Below, piece after piece: positions 17,022-24,942 of a stretch of 32,000 bases of DNA; position 1 is the stretch's first letter; every line of letters starts with the position of its first letter. Source of the DNA: Candidatus Saccharimonadota bacterium (GTDB lineage: Bacteria; Patescibacteriota; Saccharimonadia; Saccharimonadales; Saccharimonadaceae); the NCBI GenBank assembly GCA_002421785.1, contig DIRZ01000002.1, positions 150,001 through 182,000 on the forward strand. The letters run 5' to 3'. The notes under the pieces were generated by a model that did no database searches, had not been told where the DNA came from, and saw only the letters and a list, made by a program, of their open reading frames with translations. The position numbers were made by a program, and so were the translations under genes.

Positions 17022-17136
17022 TGGTACCCAGTGCGAGATTCGAACTCGCACGCATTACTGCACGGGATTACTCAGCTCACGAACATGTTCCCGAGCTTAG
17101 GTAGTCCCGCGTGTCTACCAATTTCACCAACTGGGC
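17022..17136 (-). tRNA. type-II (Leu-like) tRNA gene with a ~30-nt hairpin-forming insertion in the anticodon loop; anticodon not assignable
   Basis: GCCCAGT TG GTG-AAATTGGTAGA-CAC G CGGGA [37 nt] TCCCG TGCAGTAATGCGT GCGAG-TTCGAAT-CTCGC ACTGGGT A CCA. Acceptor, D, variable and T arms are canonical. A TACAAT -10 box lies at 17145-17150, 8 nt upstream of the 5' end. Confidence 0.6.
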
Positions 17137-17174
17137 ATATATTTATTGTACCGCTTGTTGTAGCCATTAAAAAG

Positions 17175-18245
17175 TCAGCTGACCCCCTCTACGAATCGCA
17201 ACCGCCTAGCACCCAATGCGCTCTGCTCAGACTCGGTATACTTCGCAATCATGGTATTGATCGCCGTTCGTATAACAAAATCATTTGTACGCATGATATC
17301 GGTCTTATCAACACTATAGATTGGGGCGCTCGTTAGGTCGTCGTTGAGCAACAGCTTCCGCACTGCCTTTTGCGCCGCCGCGCTATTAGTGATGGTCACA
17401 TTCGGCAAAATCCTAATGACTTGGTCGATGCGAGATAGCACGGAGGGCCCCGCCACCAAGCACTGCATATCATTTCCGACACTCGCCGCAAAGTACGCGA
17501 GATCGACTACGACCTGCCGCCACTCCGAGTCCGGTCCGATGGTTTGCAAATCCATGGCGACCGCCTTTATATCCGGATGTCTTTGCAAAAATCGCAAGTG
17601 TTCGTCTATATCCTTTCGCCCGTGCCAAGTAATATGAGGGATTGCCGGTAATCCTGCTTCGATCATTTCTTTGTACATGATCATGCTCTTCTTTTGATTG
17701 ATTAACCTTTCGGCGTGCGGTTGATTCGCCCAGACCGAGTAGTCAGGGGGCACAATTGCATGTAGATCCAGTTTCTTGAACTCATCGATAATCCGGTGCC
17801 GCTCCGCAGCGGGCCATGCACGTTCGAGCAATGCATCATTTGCAAAACCCAACAGGATAACTTTAGTTCTCTTAGAAACCCCAAGCCGCGCATGAATGTC
17901 GGTGGCGACTTGCAATCGCTTAGCTGAAACAACGTCACTCAAACTTACAGCGACATATTTAGGAGTATATTCCCTGAATAGCTTGCCGCTGCCGTTAGGG
18001 ATAGTCGGAACATATCGCGGGAGACTGGGGTTGATCGGATTAGTAATTGCTATATCATCAAAATCAACACCGTTCACCTCGGCTAGTCGAAGAGCAAAGT
18101 CGTCAGAATCCTCCCCAATAAGGTCATACCCACGAGCGTTAATTCCTGCGGCGTTACAATGAAAATCATCATCTTCAAGCCGGTCACCAAACGGGCAATC
18201 CGATCGTCGTACATCTGTAATTTTAAGCTGCTGATGGTGTTTCAT
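17175..18245 (-). CDS. hypothetical ~356-aa protein
   Basis: Long ORF, start ATG 18245 (MKHHQQL) or GTG 18260. I cannot place it in a family. A faint TIM-barrel / transglycosylase-like impression is too weak to call. Confidence 0.6.
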   Translation of the reverse strand: MKHHQQLKITDVRRSDCPFGDRLEDDDFHCNAAGINARGYDLIGEDSDDFALRLAEVNGVDFDDIAITNPINPSLPRYVPTIPNGSGKLFREYTPKYVAVSLSDVVSAKRLQVATDIHARLGVSKRTKVILLGFANDALLERAWPAAERHRIIDEFKKLDLHAIVPPDYSVWANQPHAERLINQKKSMIMYKEMIEAGLPAIPHITWHGRKDIDEHLRFLQRHPDIKAVAMDLQTIGPDSEWRQVVVDLAYFAASVGNDMQCLVAGPSVLSRIDQVIRILPNVTITNSAAAQKAVRKLLLNDDLTSAPIYSVDKTDIMRTNDFVIRTAINTMIAKYTESEQSALGARRLRFVEGVS

Positions 18246-18636
18246 GACCGAGCACCCCACCCTTCACGATGGCGCGCAGAGTGTTTGCGCCGACACTCTG
18301 CACTTGACCAGAGTACACGTAGCCCATGGCCATACATTCTAATAGACGGTCTTTTTGCTTACCTGCATATAACGAAAACCGCCTATTGCCGACAAAGACG
18401 CCGATCTCGCCAGCATCCACCCTTGCTAGAGTGACGGTGTCGCCACGTGTCGCCCTTGGGTCATTACCTGCAGCATAATTAACCTTCAGCTCCAAGGAGA
18501 AGAGACATGCGTTTACTGACGTCTCGCTGCCCGGTGTTTCATCGCCAAACGATGAAACACCACCACCATCGCCAGCGTCATGCCTAACCCTTGGTTTTTG
18601 GACATTCTTCTGTGTTGTTCCTGAACCCCGACCCAT
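18223..18636 (-). CDS. hypothetical 137-aa protein
   Basis: ORF begins 2 nt after the DUF2188 gene and overlaps the next gene's start. Gly/charged-rich N-terminus. Confidence 0.5.
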   Translation of the reverse strand: MGRGSGTTQKNVQKPRVRHDAGDGGGVSSFGDETPGSETSVNACLFSLELKVNYAAGNDPRATRGDTVTLARVDAGEIGVFVGNRRFSLYAGKQKDRLLECMAMGYVYSGQVQSVGANTLRAIVKGGVLGHETPSAA

Positions 18637-18638
18637 GG

Positions 18639-18887
18639 CTAGTGCCTCGTATCTTTTGGAGGATTAGGATCATTTGCTGGCGCAATTGTGTCACGATCAC
18701 GGATCTGTCCGTTGGGTCGATGGATTGTGATCTCACCACCTGCACCACCGTTGCGTGCCGACTGTTTTGCTGCAGATTCTGCTTCTGCTTGTGTGTTCGT
18801 TACACCCGATGCGCGATGCGCACCAGGAAGTTTGTATTGCCATTGACCGTCCGGTCGCCGAGTTATGTGATAGTTGCGTTGAGTCAT
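18639..18887 (-). CDS. DUF2188-like small protein
   Basis: YHITRRPDGQWQYKLPGAHRASGVTNTQAEAESAAKQSA..GEITIHRPNGQIRDRDT matches the DUF2188 pattern as I remember it. Confidence 0.65.
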   Translation of the reverse strand: MTQRNYHITRRPDGQWQYKLPGAHRASGVTNTQAEAESAAKQSARNGGAGGEITIHRPNGQIRDRDTIAPANDPNPPKDTRH

Positions 18888-19006
18888 ACTAACCCCTTTC
18901 TAACGCTTATTTTTTAAACGTGACCTTCGTTCCCCTCGTCACATACAGCTAATCAATCCTTTTTGTGTTGAACAACTGCTACATTATTAGGATATTCCTT
19001 TTTCTC

Positions 19007-19042
19007 TTGCAAGTCAACATAAATAGGATTATAATATCCTAT
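19007..19042 (+). promoter_or_regulatory. sigma70-type promoter TTGCAA-N17-TATAAT with inverted repeat ATAGGAT/ATCCTAT bracketing the -10 box
   Basis: -35 at 19007-19012 and -10 at 19030-19035. Repeat arms at 19023-19029 and 19036-19042. A third TAGGATAT copy lies at 18988-18995. RBS AAGGAAAGGA precedes ATG 19061. Confidence 0.6.
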
Positions 19043-19060
19043 ATAAGGAAAGGAACAGAT

Positions 19061-19402
19061 ATGGAAGTAACCAAGTATGTAGGTGAAAAAATTAAAGAGT
19101 TCCGTACATCATACGGTGGAGGAAAGGGATTATCGCAAGAAGAATTAGGAGAGAAACTGAAAATTGCACCAAATACGGTGTCACGCTGGGAAAACGCTAC
19201 TTATAAACCCAAGTTAGTGGACCTGGACAAGCTCGCCAATTTCTTCAAGGTGCCAATTTCGGCATTCTTCCCTGCGGGCGAAGCATCAGCACCGCTAGAG
19301 GGTCTTATGCGCGCAGCCGAAGGCCTCGCCCAAGATGATATTGATGCACTCACGCAATTTGCCCAGATTAAAAGCGCACAAAATCAACTAAAGAAAAAGT
19401 AG
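19061..19402 (+). CDS. XRE-family HTH transcriptional regulator
   Basis: GLSQEELGEKLKIAPNTVSRWENATYKPKLVDLDKLANFF is a typical Cro/C1-type HTH. I chose ATG 19061 (good RBS) over the track start at 18965. Confidence 0.85.
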   Translation: MEVTKYVGEKIKEFRTSYGGGKGLSQEELGEKLKIAPNTVSRWENATYKPKLVDLDKLANFFKVPISAFFPAGEASAPLEGLMRAAEGLAQDDIDALTQFAQIKSAQNQLKKK

Positions 19403-19408
19403 ATTGAC

Positions 19409-20053
19409 ATGGAGGATCGTACCGAATATTACCGAAAAATGACCGATCTGGCACAAGAACAGCGAAGTCTCTTCGGGATACAAGGTGCAAAAATCAGTCG
19501 AACCGATTTTCGTAAGATCTACAAACACTACGGGATAGAACTTAGCCAGTGGCCGTTGCCAAACATGAGTGGCAAGCCACTCAAGAAGCTTCGTGGTGTA
19601 TACTTTCCTGACCTTCATGGCAAGCCGTCCGTTCTGGCGGCACGACTTCCTGAAGAACCGTATATCTTTACCCTCGCTCATGAGCTAAAGCACCACCTTA
19701 TGGATCGAGACTCCGCCGGAGCATTCTGCCTCTCCGAAGTAAGGGATGAGGTAAAGGAGATTGGCGCAGAGGTCTTCGCTGCAGAGTTCATATACCCTAC
19801 GAAGTTGTTTTTCGATGATCTCAATAAGCTCGGAGTAACAAAGGGCCAATGCACAGCTCGAGACTTGGTTGTGCTGAAACACCAAACGAACACCAGTCTG
19901 AGCTATGCATCGTTAGCAAAACGCGCAACTCGCACCAAATGTGCTACCGAACCTTTACCGACTTCAGGGTGGAAAAAAATTGAAATCCAAATTTACGGTG
20001 AGCCAGATTATGTACGCATTCAGCGGTACCGAAAGTTACAGAAAAGCCATTGA
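19409..20053 (+). CDS. ImmA/IrrE-family zinc metallopeptidase
   Basis: HEXXH motif in FTLAHELKHHLMD. Lies immediately downstream of the XRE gene, the classic ImmR/ImmA arrangement. Confidence 0.8.
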   Translation: MEDRTEYYRKMTDLAQEQRSLFGIQGAKISRTDFRKIYKHYGIELSQWPLPNMSGKPLKKLRGVYFPDLHGKPSVLAARLPEEPYIFTLAHELKHHLMDRDSAGAFCLSEVRDEVKEIGAEVFAAEFIYPTKLFFDDLNKLGVTKGQCTARDLVVLKHQTNTSLSYASLAKRATRTKCATEPLPTSGWKKIEIQIYGEPDYVRIQRYRKLQKSH

Positions 20054-20121
20054 TTATGTTATCCTATTATGTTTAAATTATTTTAAGGTCGTTACCGCAT
20101 GTAACTAGCTAAGACGTGAAG

Positions 20122-20190
20122 AAACGTTTTGCGTGCCGATCAAATAGCAACAATGCTGTTTGACTGACATACAAAACGTTTTTTGTTTTG
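20122..20190 (+). terminator. long hairpin (10-bp arms AAACGTTTTG / CAAAACGTTT, 40-nt loop) followed by a T-rich run
   Basis: Arms at 20122-20131 and 20172-20181, followed by ttttgttttg. Lies between the ImmA gene and ParB-methylase 2. May be a terminator or a regulatory structure. Confidence 0.35.
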
Positions 20191-20224
20191 TCGCATACAG
20201 CTCCAAAGAAAGGAGTGTCTTGTC

Positions 20225-21562
20225 ATGCCGAAAGCCAAACAAGACCTACAAATACAAACCGTAAAAATTAGCGATCTAAACCCAGCGCCGTACAATCCAC
20301 GCAAGTGGAGTGAGGAAGCAATCGCACAACTGACCGATAGTGTCCGACAGTTCGGTATGGTCGATCCACTACTTGTCAACGGCGCCGAGGGTCGCCGAAA
20401 CATTGTTATCGGCGGCCATTTCCGCCTCAAAGTAGCAAAAGATCTCGGCATTACCGAGTTACCTGTCGTATATGTAGCTATCCCAGAGCTTGAGCGAGAG
20501 AAAGAGCTTAACCTTCGTCTCAATAAAAATCTTGGCGAATGGGATATTGATCTACTAAAGGAGTTTGACGAAGCCATTCTTTCCGATATCGGCTTCAGTA
20601 GTGAAGACCTGGATGGTGTATTTGAGGTCGATGATACACCCGAAAACTTTGACCTCAAGAAAGAGCTTGAGAGGCTTGATATTCAAGTAGAAGCAAAGAA
20701 GGGTGATATTTACCAGCTTGGTAATTCTCGCCTCATGGTCGGTGATAGCACTATACCCGAGGACTTTACTAAGCTAATGAATGGTGAACTAGGAGACCTT
20801 TGCCTATGCGATCCTCCGTATCGTCTCAGCTATATGAAAGGTGGTATTCGACATGGCGAGCCTGTGACGGGCTTCGGAGCGAAACGTAACCGTCGCTACC
20901 TCGAAACTGAGGAGCTATCAGACGACTTTACTACTAAATGGATGCAAAATGTCGCTAACCACGCAAAGGAAGATTTCAGTATCATTGTGTACGAGGCGTG
21001 GCATAACCTCCGGGAGATTTGGTCATGCCTCGAGGCGCACTGGAAGGTAAAAAATATGCTTGTTTGGCACTTGCCTAACCGTCACCAAGGATTTGCTGCA
21101 AAGTATAAGTTCTTCAGTAAATACGATATTGCCATGGTCGGTGCTAGCGGTACGGTTGAATACAACCACGGAGAGGAACCAGATGGCTTACAAGAAGAGT
21201 ATGAGGCTGCCCTTTATGCTATATCTGGCAAACCCCAATGGGAGGGATATAAAAAGGGTAAGGACAAGAGGTTTATGCCAACTGACCATATCGAGTTTAA
21301 TGCCGATGACGAAAAACACTCAGGCCAAAACATTATATTCGGAACCAAACCGATCGAGATCCTACTCCCCTACATAAAGGTACTAACTAGGCGCGGAGAT
21401 CTAGTTGTAGAACCTTTTTGTGGTAGCGGCTCGACTCTAATTGCTGCGACTAAATTGCATCGTCGATGCTACGTCATGGAGAAGTCTCCAGTATATGCAG
21501 AAGTTGCCATGAAGCGATGGGAAAAATTAACTGGCCAGAAGAGGGTGAAAATAGATGAATAA
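20225..21562 (+). CDS. ParB-like N-terminal domain fused to a beta-class DNA methyltransferase (copy 2)
   Basis: RBS AAAGGAG lies 8 nt before ATG 20225, so I reject the track start at 20183. Motifs NPRKWSE..FGMVDPLLV..IVIGGHFRLK, canonical motif IV LCDPPY, motif I VVEPFCGSGSTLIA. Confidence 0.88.
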   Translation: MPKAKQDLQIQTVKISDLNPAPYNPRKWSEEAIAQLTDSVRQFGMVDPLLVNGAEGRRNIVIGGHFRLKVAKDLGITELPVVYVAIPELEREKELNLRLNKNLGEWDIDLLKEFDEAILSDIGFSSEDLDGVFEVDDTPENFDLKKELERLDIQVEAKKGDIYQLGNSRLMVGDSTIPEDFTKLMNGELGDLCLCDPPYRLSYMKGGIRHGEPVTGFGAKRNRRYLETEELSDDFTTKWMQNVANHAKEDFSIIVYEAWHNLREIWSCLEAHWKVKNMLVWHLPNRHQGFAAKYKFFSKYDIAMVGASGTVEYNHGEEPDGLQEEYEAALYAISGKPQWEGYKKGKDKRFMPTDHIEFNADDEKHSGQNIIFGTKPIEILLPYIKVLTRRGDLVVEPFCGSGSTLIAATKLHRRCYVMEKSPVYAEVAMKRWEKLTGQKRVKIDE

Positions 21563-22007
21563 GAAATGGAAAGGCAAACGTGCTCATATCCTTAGAGAAT
21601 TTCAGGAAAACCCGCTTATAACAAGAGCATGTCAAAAGATAGGAATTGCTCGCTCCACTTACTACAGGTGGTATAACTACGACGCAGACTTTCGACAAGA
21701 TGTAGACCATGCGCAGAATAGAGGACGCGAAAAACTTACCGACTTCGCTGAGTCAAAACTGCTCGAGAATATCAGGAATAACCAGTACGCATCAATTGCG
21801 TACTGGTTGAGTCACAATACAACGCGCTACCGAACATATCCAAAAAATGTTTACACTGACGAAATAAGACAACTTCGTATGGCAGAAAAAGCACTTGAGG
21901 AGATAGGAGGATTGCTCGCCAAAGACGCAGGCTATGAATCTTTGAAGCGCCTTGTTGATAATGAAATAAATAGAATAAATCACGAGTCACCCTTGAGGAA
22001 TAGCTGA
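21555..22007 (+). CDS. small HTH protein resembling a phage small terminase or regulator (copy 2)
   Basis: ILREFQENPLITRACQKIGIARSTYYRWYNYDADFRQDVDHAQ is homologous to the 8127-8741 product. Overlaps the methylase end by 8 nt. Confidence 0.7.
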   Translation: MNKKWKGKRAHILREFQENPLITRACQKIGIARSTYYRWYNYDADFRQDVDHAQNRGREKLTDFAESKLLENIRNNQYASIAYWLSHNTTRYRTYPKNVYTDEIRQLRMAEKALEEIGGLLAKDAGYESLKRLVDNEINRINHESPLRNS

Positions 22008-22015
22008 TATAATAA

Positions 22016-22156
22016 GACTGTCTAGGATTCAAACAATTAGTTAACGCAAAGTGTTTTGCGTAGTTATGCCGTAAAATGGGCAGCTACGTAAAAAAGAATA
22101 GGCATAACTGCTTGTTTGGGTCCTAGACAGTCCAGCGTGGCTGTCCTTTTTATTTT
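22016..22156 (+). ncRNA. structured intergenic element: 12-bp closing helix, two internal hairpins, and an overlapping terminator-like hairpin
   Basis: P1 GACTGTCTAGGA (22016-22027) pairs with TCCTAGACAGTC (22121-22132). P2 ACGCAAA/TTTGCGT (22044-22050 / 22055-22061). P3 AGTTATGCC/GGCATAACT (22062-22070 / 22101-22109). GACAG/CTGTC (22126-22130 / 22141-22145) followed by TTTTTATTTT. Confidence 0.45.
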
Positions 22157-22206
22157 ATATGGACTTCTTCGCTGAGTTGCGACATTACTTTGGTGAAGGA
22201 GAAGAT

Positions 22207-22797
22207 ATGCAAGAAAATAATCAACCGAATCAAGTGCACAATCATCAGCTACAACCTGTGAAGAAAAGAGGTTGGTATAAAACCTGGTGGGGAATCCTAC
22301 TAATTATACTAGGTGCCATTACTGCGATACCTGTAATAATGCTATTCATCGTTGTAGGGATCGTAATGTTTACACAAGACAACGATACAAATCCGTCTAC
22401 CAAACAGAAAGATGAAACTAGTTTGAGCCAGTCCGTTGACGAATCAAAGATTCCATATGAAGGAGTTGAGATATGGAAAATTGGTGATAACGGCCTCGGC
22501 ACAACCATCGTTATTGATCCTAAATACGACAATAGCGAGTCACTCAAGCGGCTCGGATCGGAGCTCAATAATGAAAACCAGTCGAGACAATTTGCGATGA
22601 ATTACATCTACACAGACAAGACTTCAGCCTTATATAGAAAAGAAAGCTTCTGCTCACCTGGACAGCCTGCATCAATTCGTCAGCACAAAAAAAGCTGGGC
22701 AGCTCTCTACCAAAAAGATAATTCAGGCGCAAGAATGACGATATTTACAGATCGCTCTTGCGACCCGAATGCCGCTTCAGAAACTATCGAATATTAA
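22207..22797 (+). CDS. single-pass membrane protein (variable slot of module 2)
   Basis: Strong RBS GAAGGAG precedes ATG 22207. TM segment WWGILLIILGAITAIPVIMLFIVVGIVMF followed by a soluble domain. No motif. Confidence 0.65.
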   Translation: MQENNQPNQVHNHQLQPVKKRGWYKTWWGILLIILGAITAIPVIMLFIVVGIVMFTQDNDTNPSTKQKDETSLSQSVDESKIPYEGVEIWKIGDNGLGTTIVIDPKYDNSESLKRLGSELNNENQSRQFAMNYIYTDKTSALYRKESFCSPGQPASIRQHKKSWAALYQKDNSGARMTIFTDRSCDPNAASETIEY

Positions 22798-22800
22798 GGC

Positions 22801-22828
22801 TAGACTTTGTAAACCGTTGCGGTATTGT
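22801..22828 (+). promoter_or_regulatory. conserved promoter-like motif TAGACT-N16-TATTGT (site 3, recombinase 2)
   Basis: CTAGACTTtgtaaaccgttGCGGTATTGTTGTCCTTGC. ATG 22842 lies 13 nt after the -10-like box. Confidence 0.45.
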
Positions 22829-22841
22829 TGTCCTTGCAGTC

Positions 22842-24125
22842 ATGCTGGACAACAATACTCAATCACTAAAATATTGCCTGTACGCTCGGAAAAGCTCCGA
22901 GAGCGACGAGCGTCAGGCAATGAGTATTGATTCACAATTAGCGGAAATGAGATCCCTCGCTGAAAACGAGGGATTAGATGTTGTGTGCGAACTACAAGAG
23001 AGCCATTCAGCAAAAGACTCTGGAAAGCGTCCTGTATACAACAAGATGTTAGCCGGTATCGCTAATGGCGAATATAACGCGATTCTCACCTGGGCACCAG
23101 ATCGTTTGAGTCGAAACGCCGGAGACCTTGGGTCTGTTGTCGACCTTATGGACCAGCATAAGCTACTCCACATACGTACATATTCCCAAACATTCACCAA
23201 TAGTCCAAATGAGAAATTCCTCCTCATGATTCTCTGCTCACAAGCCAAGCTTGAAAACGATAACAAAAGCATCAATGTAAAACGCGGCATACGCACAAAA
23301 TGCGAGATGGGCTGGCGACCTGGTGTTGCTCCACTTGGCTACATGAACCGAGCATTCGGAGGTATCAACGATATCATTATCGATCCCGAACGTGCCGACC
23401 TCATCAGAGAAGCATTCCATAAGGCAGGATACGAACGATGGAGCGGGCGCAGAATTAAAGCTTGGCTCGACGAAAAAGGATTTACTAATCGATCAGGAAA
23501 ACCGATAAGTATCAGTCAAGTGCTAGTGATACTAAACACCCCCTTTTACTACGGAAGGTTCCAGTATCCAGAGGCACCTGATGCACCGTGGTATGATGGC
23601 GCACATAAACCACTCATCTCCAAAGAATTATTTGACCAGGTACAAGAGACTCGTGGCGTTAACAAGGGTGTATGGAGGTCAAAAACCTTTGCCTTTCGTG
23701 GTTTGCTCAAATGCGGACAATGCGGTGCTGACATTACCGCACAGGATAAATTCAAAACACTAAAAAAGTCCGGTGAGGTAAAGCGATTCGTCTACTATAA
23801 CTGTACGAGACGGAAAGATCCGAATTGCACTGAGAAATATATAAACGAAGACAAGCTGTGCGAACTTTTGAAAGACTTTATTGAAACACATCATTCCGAA
23901 ATCAAGATCGGTGACAAATTGCGTGCAAAGGTAGATAAGCATATGTATGTCACCAACACTTTGCTCACCCATTACAATATCGATCGGGAGTTGAGTGACC
24001 CATTCGTAGAATACGCGAGATATGTGCTCATAAGTGGGACTGAGAACGAAAGAACAAGTTTAGCAGCTGGAATAGAGACAACCATCCAGATCAAGCATGG
24101 CATTCTCGAATTTTGGCCTAAGTAA
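22842..24125 (+). CDS. large serine recombinase (copy 2)
   Basis: MLDNNTQSLKYCLYARKSSESDERQAMSIDSQ.., LTWAPDRLSRN, zinc ribbon CGQCGAD..YYNCTRR..C. The N-terminal ~150 aa are nearly identical to copy 1 at protein level, while the DNA differs at many synonymous sites. Confidence 0.9.
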   Translation: MLDNNTQSLKYCLYARKSSESDERQAMSIDSQLAEMRSLAENEGLDVVCELQESHSAKDSGKRPVYNKMLAGIANGEYNAILTWAPDRLSRNAGDLGSVVDLMDQHKLLHIRTYSQTFTNSPNEKFLLMILCSQAKLENDNKSINVKRGIRTKCEMGWRPGVAPLGYMNRAFGGINDIIIDPERADLIREAFHKAGYERWSGRRIKAWLDEKGFTNRSGKPISISQVLVILNTPFYYGRFQYPEAPDAPWYDGAHKPLISKELFDQVQETRGVNKGVWRSKTFAFRGLLKCGQCGADITAQDKFKTLKKSGEVKRFVYYNCTRRKDPNCTEKYINEDKLCELLKDFIETHHSEIKIGDKLRAKVDKHMYVTNTLLTHYNIDRELSDPFVEYARYVLISGTENERTSLAAGIETTIQIKHGILEFWPK

Positions 24126-24693
24126 GATGAGCTGCGGCTAAAAGTACGGCAATAAGCGCGTCCGTACCTTTATCTGCAAGCCATTTAACAATATTTACTA
24201 TTCTTGGCTTATCTTTCGTTTCTTTTTTAAGCTCATCAAGCAGTTCCTGTACTTTCTCCTGTACCTCATGGTCATACTGAGAGAGATTTATAGTCTGAGT
24301 GATTTGCTGAACTTGCTGCTGACTAATTGTAAGGTTTAAGATAACTTTATCTTGCAAAGGTTTGACTGAACTCTCATTTGTCGAGCCAGGATCATATCCC
24401 CATGTTTCAAGTTCTTCTATTAAGGATTTTATAAACGCCTCTGAATTATCTAGCCCTTGATGATATGCTCGAGCATATCTTGCGCTATTGTCCTGCCCAC
24501 CAATAGTCATACCTGGCGAGAACCTTACGCGATCTGCTTTCTGTTTATATGAGTCACCCATACGTTCACAGGTTGACTTAACCGTATTCCACCAAGTGGT
24601 AAAAGTTGGCTCCCTATAGTCATTAAACTTTCTGAGTTCAGGTAACTGTTTGAGTTTCGCATTGAAAAAATCTATAAGCTTTTCAGTATTCAT
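24118..24693 (-). CDS. hypothetical 191-aa protein (convergent cargo of module 2)
   Basis: RBS GGAG precedes ATG 24693. Its stop overlaps the recombinase stop by 8 nt. No motif. Confidence 0.6.
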   Translation of the reverse strand: MNTEKLIDFFNAKLKQLPELRKFNDYREPTFTTWWNTVKSTCERMGDSYKQKADRVRFSPGMTIGGQDNSARYARAYHQGLDNSEAFIKSLIEELETWGYDPGSTNESSVKPLQDKVILNLTISQQQVQQITQTINLSQYDHEVQEKVQELLDELKKETKDKPRIVNIVKWLADKGTDALIAVLLAAAHLT

Positions 24694-24704
24694 ACTGACT
24701 CCAG

Positions 24705-24732
24705 TATATATCCTCGCCTACAGATAGGTCTA
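24705..24732 (-). promoter_or_regulatory. promoter-like TAGACC-N16-TATATA upstream of the 191-aa gene
   Basis: Minus strand reads CCTAGACCtatctgtaggcgaggaTATATAC. Same CTAGAC-type -35 as the three plus-strand sites. Confidence 0.4.
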
Positions 24733-24807
24733 GGAATCGGGTCGGCTTTTTGCCTGCTTGCTTTCCTGGAGCTTGACAGGTCGGTGTTAGAACTAAATTA
24801 CAGAGGT

Positions 24808-24840
24808 GAAAATGAAAGAACCGCCCTTTTGGACGGTTCC
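24808..24840 (-). terminator. terminator-like hairpin in module copy 2
   Basis: Minus strand reads GAACCGTCC-AAAA-GGGCGGTTC followed by TTTCATTTTC. Confidence 0.45.
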
Positions 24841-24942
24841 AACATTTTGTACCTTTTGAGCTCGACTCAAAATTCTTGCTTAAGTAAGGAGTTAAGGAGA
24901 GGCCGGTTACGGAACTCGGTCATCTATTTTAACTGCTTGCTC

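Noticed and set aside
16849-17336. Track ORFs 16849-17055 (-) and 17031-17336 (+)
   Set aside because: They overlap the two tRNA genes and the antisense strand of the ~356-aa gene, so they are spurious.
20140-20658. 172-aa minus-strand ORF rich in Ser and Arg
   Set aside because: It is antisense to the well-supported ParB-methylase 2 gene and its composition is low-complexity.
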